Virus record (IMG/VR): IMGVR_UViG_3300038701_001337
Coordinates: 1-48,966 of that record
Source: a virus
Length of the DNA: 48,966 bases
Strand: one strand, 5' to 3'
In this document: in pieces, positions 44,439 to 48,966 of the stretch
Numbering within the stretch: the first letter of the stretch is position 1
Layout: each line of letters starts with the position of its first letter
The notes under the pieces: generated by a model
Databases searched by the model: none
What the model saw: the letters and a program-made list of their open reading frames with translations, nothing else
What the model was told of the DNA's origin: nothing
Translations under genes and position numbers: made by a program

Positions 44439-45053
44439 ATGCAAGATTTAAATGATAAAGTAACAGGTGGAACTCTTACTGCTGCAGAGTGGAATGAAGT
44501 CCCAAGTGAGTTGCAAAATGTTATACAGGCACTTGGTTTAACATTAACAAGTGGTGACTTGAACCAACTTGGCAAAGCAATTGCTGGCTATGTTGCAAAT
44601 GGTTCTTATTATATTGCAAGCGGCCCTGCAAATGCATATACTCTTGCAGGCATTGGAACAAAGCAAACTCCACCTTCATATACAAATGGCTTTGCAGTTC
44701 GTTTTAAAGTAAATGCAACAAATACTGGCGCATCAACAATAAATGTTTCAGGGCTTGGTGTTAAGCAAATAAGAAACACACAAGGTGATGTTCTTGTTGG
44801 TGGTGAATTATTAGCTGGCTCACAAGTAATATTGAGCTATGATTCTGCAAATGGTTGGTTTGAAATACTTGAATTAGGCGGCGGTGGTGCAACAGGTGGT
44901 GGCTCTGATAAAGTAATTTATGAAAATGATCAAAATATAACTGTTGATTATGAAATAACAGCAGGCAAAAATGCAATGAGCGCTGGGCCAATTACAATCA
45001 ATGATGGCATTACATTAACTATCCCAGTTGGGTCAACCTACACGGTGGTTTAA
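44439..45053 (+). CDS. Tail fiber protein
   Basis: N-terminus LTAAEWNEVPSELQNVIQALGLTL..GDLNQLGKAI is typical of phage fiber N-terminal regions; a Gly-rich stretch follows. Confidence 0.6.
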   Translation: MQDLNDKVTGGTLTAAEWNEVPSELQNVIQALGLTLTSGDLNQLGKAIAGYVANGSYYIASGPANAYTLAGIGTKQTPPSYTNGFAVRFKVNATNTGASTINVSGLGVKQIRNTQGDVLVGGELLAGSQVILSYDSANGWFEILELGGGGATGGGSDKVIYENDQNITVDYEITAGKNAMSAGPITINDGITLTIPVGSTYTVV

Positions 45054-45055
45054 GC

Positions 45056-45424
45056 ATGAGTGAATTAAAAGTAAATTCAATAAAAGGGTTGGCAAGTGAC
45101 CTGCCTGAAAATTTAAAACCTGTGACTGCATCTGCTTGGGTTAATTTCAATGGGACTGGGGTTGTTGCGATTAGAGACAGTTTTAATGTATCTAGCATAA
45201 CTGATAATGGGGTAGGAAACTATACTGTTAATTTTTTGAATTCTTTGAGCAATGAAAACTATGTGAGCAGCTTGACAGTTTCTGACAGCTACCAATCATT
45301 TCCAAGAGGTAGTACAAAAACAACTACAAATTACATAGTTCAGTGCACAACAGTTGCAATTGAATCTAGTGCAACTTTCCTAGATGCAATTCATTATGAT
45401 GTGATTATATTCGGAGGCCAATAA
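45056..45424 (+). CDS. Fiber-associated protein, paralog A (122 aa)
   Basis: Shares MSELKVN..., AWVNFNGTGVVAIR.SFNVSSITD.GVGNYTVN with the next gene. Confidence 0.65.
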   Translation: MSELKVNSIKGLASDLPENLKPVTASAWVNFNGTGVVAIRDSFNVSSITDNGVGNYTVNFLNSLSNENYVSSLTVSDSYQSFPRGSTKTTTNYIVQCTTVAIESSATFLDAIHYDVIIFGGQ

Positions 45425-45425
45425 T

Positions 45426-45782
45426 ATGAGTGAATTAAAAGTTAATAAAATTGTTGGTAATCCTGGGAATGACTCTGACCCTGTTGATATTCCATATTTA
45501 AAACCACAATTAGCACAGGCTTGGGTTAATTTCAATGGGACTGGGGTTGTTGCTATTAGAAACAGCTTCAATGTGTCTAGTATAACTGACGTAGGTGTAG
45601 GAAACTACACTGTTAATTTAACCACAGCAGTTAAATCAGGTGCATGTGTTCTGGCTACATCAAATGCAGGTTCAACTTCAAACTCATTAATAACACTTAT
45701 CTCAACACAAGTCCTAGTAGGAAACTCAGCAGGGACTCCTCAAGATGCAACTGAAGTTTTTTGTTGCATATTCTCAAGCTAA
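45426..45782 (+). CDS. Fiber-associated protein, paralog B (118 aa)
   Basis: Tandem paralog of 45056..45424; the C-terminal halves diverge. Confidence 0.65.
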   Translation: MSELKVNKIVGNPGNDSDPVDIPYLKPQLAQAWVNFNGTGVVAIRNSFNVSSITDVGVGNYTVNLTTAVKSGACVLATSNAGSTSNSLITLISTQVLVGNSAGTPQDATEVFCCIFSS

Positions 45783-45794
45783 AAGGTGAATAAA

Positions 45795-46040
45795 ATGAAC
45801 AAAGCAATTATATTTAAAAATGATCAAGGTGGAGTTTCTATTATTCACCCAACTGCTGAAGTTTTGGCAAAATACACAATTGAGCAAGTTGCAGTTAAAG
45901 ATGTCCCTACTGGCAAAGCCTATGCAATAATTGATAAGTCAGAAATCCCAACTGATAGAACATTCCGTGATGCTTGGGACATTGATGAATCTCTCCTAAC
46001 TCACGGATTGGGCAATTTAACTAATGAGTTTGAGGCATAA
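45795..46040 (+). CDS. Hypothetical protein (81 aa)
   Basis: ORF with start set to ATG 45795 after AAAGGTGA. Confidence 0.55.
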   Translation: MNKAIIFKNDQGGVSIIHPTAEVLAKYTIEQVAVKDVPTGKAYAIIDKSEIPTDRTFRDAWDIDESLLTHGLGNLTNEFEA

Positions 46041-46042
46041 TT

Positions 46043-46381
46043 ATGGCTAGCACTATAAGAGGTGATGATAATTTTGATAGTAAACAGGTTGTTGGTCAAA
46101 ATCAAACTTGGACTGATCTAACTGGTCAAAGAACAGTTAATCAGCAATATATAAACACAACTGGAAGACCAATACAAATTATTGCTAGCATCTATGTCCA
46201 AAATAGTACAGCTGATGTTAATTTATTTGTTGATGGGCTTGCAATTGGACGTTTTGTATATTCAGGAAGTGCAATATCCGCGGGAATACTTACTGCTATA
46301 GTGCCAGATGGGTCAAATTATTCAGTTGATTTATCCGCTGGTACTGCTGCAAATTTAACCAAGTGGACAGAATTGAGGTAA
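46043..46381 (+). CDS. Hypothetical tail-fiber-region protein (112 aa)
   Basis: ORF in the fiber region. Confidence 0.55.
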   Translation: MASTIRGDDNFDSKQVVGQNQTWTDLTGQRTVNQQYINTTGRPIQIIASIYVQNSTADVNLFVDGLAIGRFVYSGSAISAGILTAIVPDGSNYSVDLSAGTAANLTKWTELR

Positions 46382-46614
46382 TGAAAATGATTAAAGTAAA
46401 TATTGAAAAAGCTAAAGAAATTGCACACAATGTAAGACGTGCAAACCGCGCTGAAAAAATGAAGCCTCTTGATATTGAGGCAACTGTTCCTTATCTATCT
46501 GTTGAGGCAGAGCAAAAAAGATCAATTGTCAGAGAACAGAATGCTCAAATACAATTTGAAATTGAATCTGCAGAAACAGTTGATGATTTAAAAGCATCAA
46601 TATTAAAATTGTAA
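46381..46614 (+). CDS. Hypothetical protein (77 aa)
   Basis: TAATG overlap with the upstream gene. Confidence 0.5.
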   Translation: MKMIKVNIEKAKEIAHNVRRANRAEKMKPLDIEATVPYLSVEAEQKRSIVREQNAQIQFEIESAETVDDLKASILKL

Positions 46615-46622
46615 GGTGATTT

Positions 46623-47150
46623 ATGGCAATTGCAACTGCTTTTGCTATTGCAACTGGCTTATCAAAATTCATCCCACTTGTCAAAGATTTATTTGATGAT
46701 GGGGATGAATCAATTGTTGAGAAAGTTGTTGGAATAGCAGAAAATTTAACAGGCAAGAGTGGCAATGATGTTATTGCTGCAATTGAATCTGATCCAAATC
46801 TTGCATTAGAGTTTAAAAAAGCTGTAATGGCAGATAAGCATGTTGAATCAAGGCTTGAGATTAAAAGGCTAATGATAATCAACAAAACAATGCAAGTTGA
46901 GTCTCAATCTGCAAAATGGTGGGTATCTGGTTGGAGGCCATTTATTGGTTTTATAACAGGCATTGCATTTGCTATTGTTTGCATTCAAATTGGCATGATA
47001 ACTTTCGATGCAATTGATAAAAACAATAAAGATGCTTTGAATATGATACCAACTTTAATATTCAATTACACAACTTTGTTTGGAATTCCAGGTGCTATTT
47101 TGGGCATTGCATCTCATCACCGTGGAATGTTGCAAAGGTTGAATAAATAA
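46623..47150 (+). CDS. Putative holin (3-TM, GTA-holin-like)
   Basis: WWVSGWRPFIGFITGIAFAIV plus further hydrophobic segments; lies upstream of the endolysin. Confidence 0.5.
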   Translation: MAIATAFAIATGLSKFIPLVKDLFDDGDESIVEKVVGIAENLTGKSGNDVIAAIESDPNLALEFKKAVMADKHVESRLEIKRLMIINKTMQVESQSAKWWVSGWRPFIGFITGIAFAIVCIQIGMITFDAIDKNNKDALNMIPTLIFNYTTLFGIPGAILGIASHHRGMLQRLNK

Positions 47151-47164
47151 AATAAGGATCAACA

Positions 47165-47509
47165 ATGTCAGGTGATAATAACCCAAAAAGATTCAGCGAT
47201 GAAGAATTGCTGAATTTAAAAAAGGAGGTTGCCATGCTTTCAAAAAGGCTTGATGACCATATTGAACTTGAAGAAAAGAAGTTTGATTCAATGATTGAGG
47301 CTGTTAGAGATAATACAAAATCAATCACAAATTTAACAAATGAAACAAGGGCCATAATTGCACTTCATAGGGATTTATCTGGAGCAGCAAGAGTAGGGAA
47401 GGGAATCCAATCTTTTCTCATTTGGGTTGTTAAATGGGGTGCAATTGGAGTTGGTATTGCATCTGGTATTAATTGGATAGTTAAAATTGGGGCAGGAATG
47501 AATGGGTAA
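47165..47509 (+). CDS. Lysis-cassette membrane-anchored coiled-coil protein
   Basis: Charged helical N-terminus, C-terminal hydrophobic segment FLIWVVKWGAIGVGIASGINWIV; overlaps the endolysin start. Confidence 0.5.
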   Translation: MSGDNNPKRFSDEELLNLKKEVAMLSKRLDDHIELEEKKFDSMIEAVRDNTKSITNLTNETRAIIALHRDLSGAARVGKGIQSFLIWVVKWGAIGVGIASGINWIVKIGAGMNG

Positions 47510-47906
47510 TGTAACACAGAATTTATCAAGACATGAATTTGCTTGTGATTGTGGTTGTGGATTTGATACTATTGATTATGAATTAGCAGTTACTATCCAA
47601 GATGCAATTTTCTACTTTGAGCACAAATATCAATGTAAAGTAATTGTTGATATATCAGGTGGCAATCGCTGTCAGAAGCACAATGCAAACACAAAAGGCG
47701 CTGCAAAAGGAAGCAAGCATCAATATGGTATAGCAGCAGACCATAAATTCTTTAAAATTGTTGATGGAGTAAAAACACAAATATCACCACAAATTGTTTA
47801 TGATTATTATGATGAAAAATATAATGATAAATTTGGCATTGGTATTTATTCAAACAGGGTTCATCTAGATGTAAGAGCAAAAAAAGCTCGTTGGGATTCT
47901 AGATAA
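47502..47906 (+). CDS. Endolysin, peptidase M15 (zinc D-Ala-D-Ala carboxypeptidase-like)
   Basis: SGGNRC..HN.....A.GSKHQYGIAAD...VHLDV fits the H-D-H zinc-site pattern. Confidence 0.75.
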   Translation: MGNVTQNLSRHEFACDCGCGFDTIDYELAVTIQDAIFYFEHKYQCKVIVDISGGNRCQKHNANTKGAAKGSKHQYGIAADHKFFKIVDGVKTQISPQIVYDYYDEKYNDKFGIGIYSNRVHLDVRAKKARWDSR

Positions 47907-47910
47907 AAAT

Positions 47911-47933
47911 AAGGCTAGGATTATCCTAGCCTT
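47911..47933. terminator. Bidirectional terminator between convergent arms
   Basis: aaggctagga-tta-tcctagcctt with an A-run upstream and a T-rich tract downstream. Confidence 0.7.
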
Positions 47934-47949
47934 ATCTATTTCTTTTAAC

Positions 47950-48966
47950 CTACTCGCTGGATTTTTCCCTCCAACAAATTGCTACAGGCTGGAATGGCAC
48001 TCCATCTTTGGTATAATTTGCAAATTCAACTTTTAAGTGTTTGCCAATATAATCTTTCTTGTTTATTATCACAAGTTCTTTTTCACCAACATCACCATGT
48101 GGCGTCACTTTGAATTTTTTGCCTTTATCAGTCACGCAAAAAAGAATTGGGCGACCTTTCTCAGATAAGCCAGCATCAATGACTAAAAATTCATCATCTT
48201 CCCATGCCTTTACTTTCAGCAAAGATTTTGAGCGTTTTGAATCTTCATAGCCAACTTTTTGAAAATTCCTTCCTACCTTAGATTTATCTAGCCTTAAAAT
48301 TAGCCCCTCGTATCCATCTGCACGCCTTTCCTTTAATAGCCTAGGGATTATACTAGCCTCTACATTAAACAGCGTAGGGACAAGCTCAGCATGGTCTCTG
48401 CCCACTATTAAATTAGCCAGCATATCATATCGCTCACTATATGGGCAATCTTCAACAATGTCATATGCCATGAATTTTATCTTTTTGCTGTCTGCACTTG
48501 GCAAATCACGCTTAACACAGCTTGCTATTGCTTGAAGTGACATCCCGTGGCAGTAGAGTTCACCATCAAGCGTTGTTCCTTCTTGAATGTGTTTCAAGTC
48601 ATTTACAATATGATCAACTGTTGTTAGCAGCAGCCCACCACGGGTATATGCAAACATTTCACCAGATTGTTTAGTTATTAAGCATCTAAAACCATCATAT
48701 TTGTTTTGCAATGCAAACTCAAAATCTTTGACTAATTCTTGGCACTGTTCATATTTAGCAGCAAGCATTGGTTTTAAAAAGCCAAGTGAATTCGTCCGCT
48801 TATTATTTCTTGCATCATCAATGCTTGGAACATATCCTGCATCTTTTTTTCTTTTTATGCGTGAATTAACTCTTAATAAAATTTGTTCTTCAATGCTTCT
48901 TCCTGCTTTACCTTCAAGAACTTCTTCAGTTTCAAATATAGGCTCTCCACCAACTAGCCCATATTC
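47950..48966 (-). CDS. ATP-dependent DNA ligase (main part; N-terminus continues at 127..214 across the circular junction; total 367 aa)
   Basis: Adenylation motif I KYDGFRC, motif EGLILR, LLKVK, C-terminal OB-like region. The frame is open upstream to the window end. Confidence 0.85.
   Translation of the reverse strand, partial: EYGLVGGEPIFETEEVLEGKAGRSIEEQILLRVNSRIKRKKDAGYVPSIDDARNNKRTNSLGFLKPMLAAKYEQCQELVKDFEFALQNKYDGFRCLITKQSGEMFAYTRGGLLLTTVDHIVNDLKHIQEGTTLDGELYCHGMSLQAIASCVKRDLPSADSKKIKFMAYDIVEDCPYSERYDMLANLIVGRDHAELVPTLFNVEASIIPRLLKERRADGYEGLILRLDKSKVGRNFQKVGYEDSKRSKSLLKVKAWEDDEFLVIDAGLSEKGRPILFCVTDKGKKFKVTPHGDVGEKELVIINKKDYIGKHLKVEFANYTKDGVPFQPVAICWREKSSE
48840..48966. repeat. Terminal direct repeat, copy 2 (identical to 1..127)
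   Basis: Read directly from the sequence. Confidence 0.95.

Overview
This window is a complete, circularly closed genome of an AT-rich tailed dsDNA phage. Bases 1-127 are identical to 48840-48966, so the unique length is about 48,839 bp, and the junction cuts through the DNA ligase gene. Two divergent transcription arms start at a regulatory region around 19600-19800 and converge on a bidirectional terminator at 47911-47933. The leftward arm (19598 down to 1, wrapping to 47950) carries many small early genes, then T4 denV-like UV repair and a recombination module (Sak4-like ATPase, DUF669 SSB-like protein, Cas4-like nuclease, SF2 helicase). It continues with a nucleotide-metabolism island (FAD protein, MazG, divergent ThyX, HAD-DUF3310 fusion, SAM methyltransferase), a DnaQ-like exonuclease, DnaE-type Pol III alpha and the ATP-dependent ligase. 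The rightward arm (19801-47906) starts with a primase/helicase-like initiator followed by an iteron array and an AT-rich tract, which I read as a putative origin. After that come a tRNA cluster (one canonical tRNA-Arg(UCU) and two atypical tRNA-shaped genes), TerL, portal, MuF-like protein, scaffold and capsid. The arm ends with a contractile tail (sheath, tube, chaperone with a -1 frameshift, tape measure), a Mu gp43-48-like baseplate, fibers including a tandem paralog pair, and a lysis cassette. I saw no integrase, repressor, transposase, CRISPR array or recognisable TerS. The points most worth follow-up are the atypical tRNAs, the iterons on both sides of the initiator gene, the nucleotide island with a non-canonical ThyX signature, a conserved AAAACTGGAG pre-start motif that also occurs in-frame inside a long ORF and in a noncoding hairpin, and an in-frame TAA joining two small Cys-rich ORFs. 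All functional calls come from motif recognition and synteny by eye; no database search was run.
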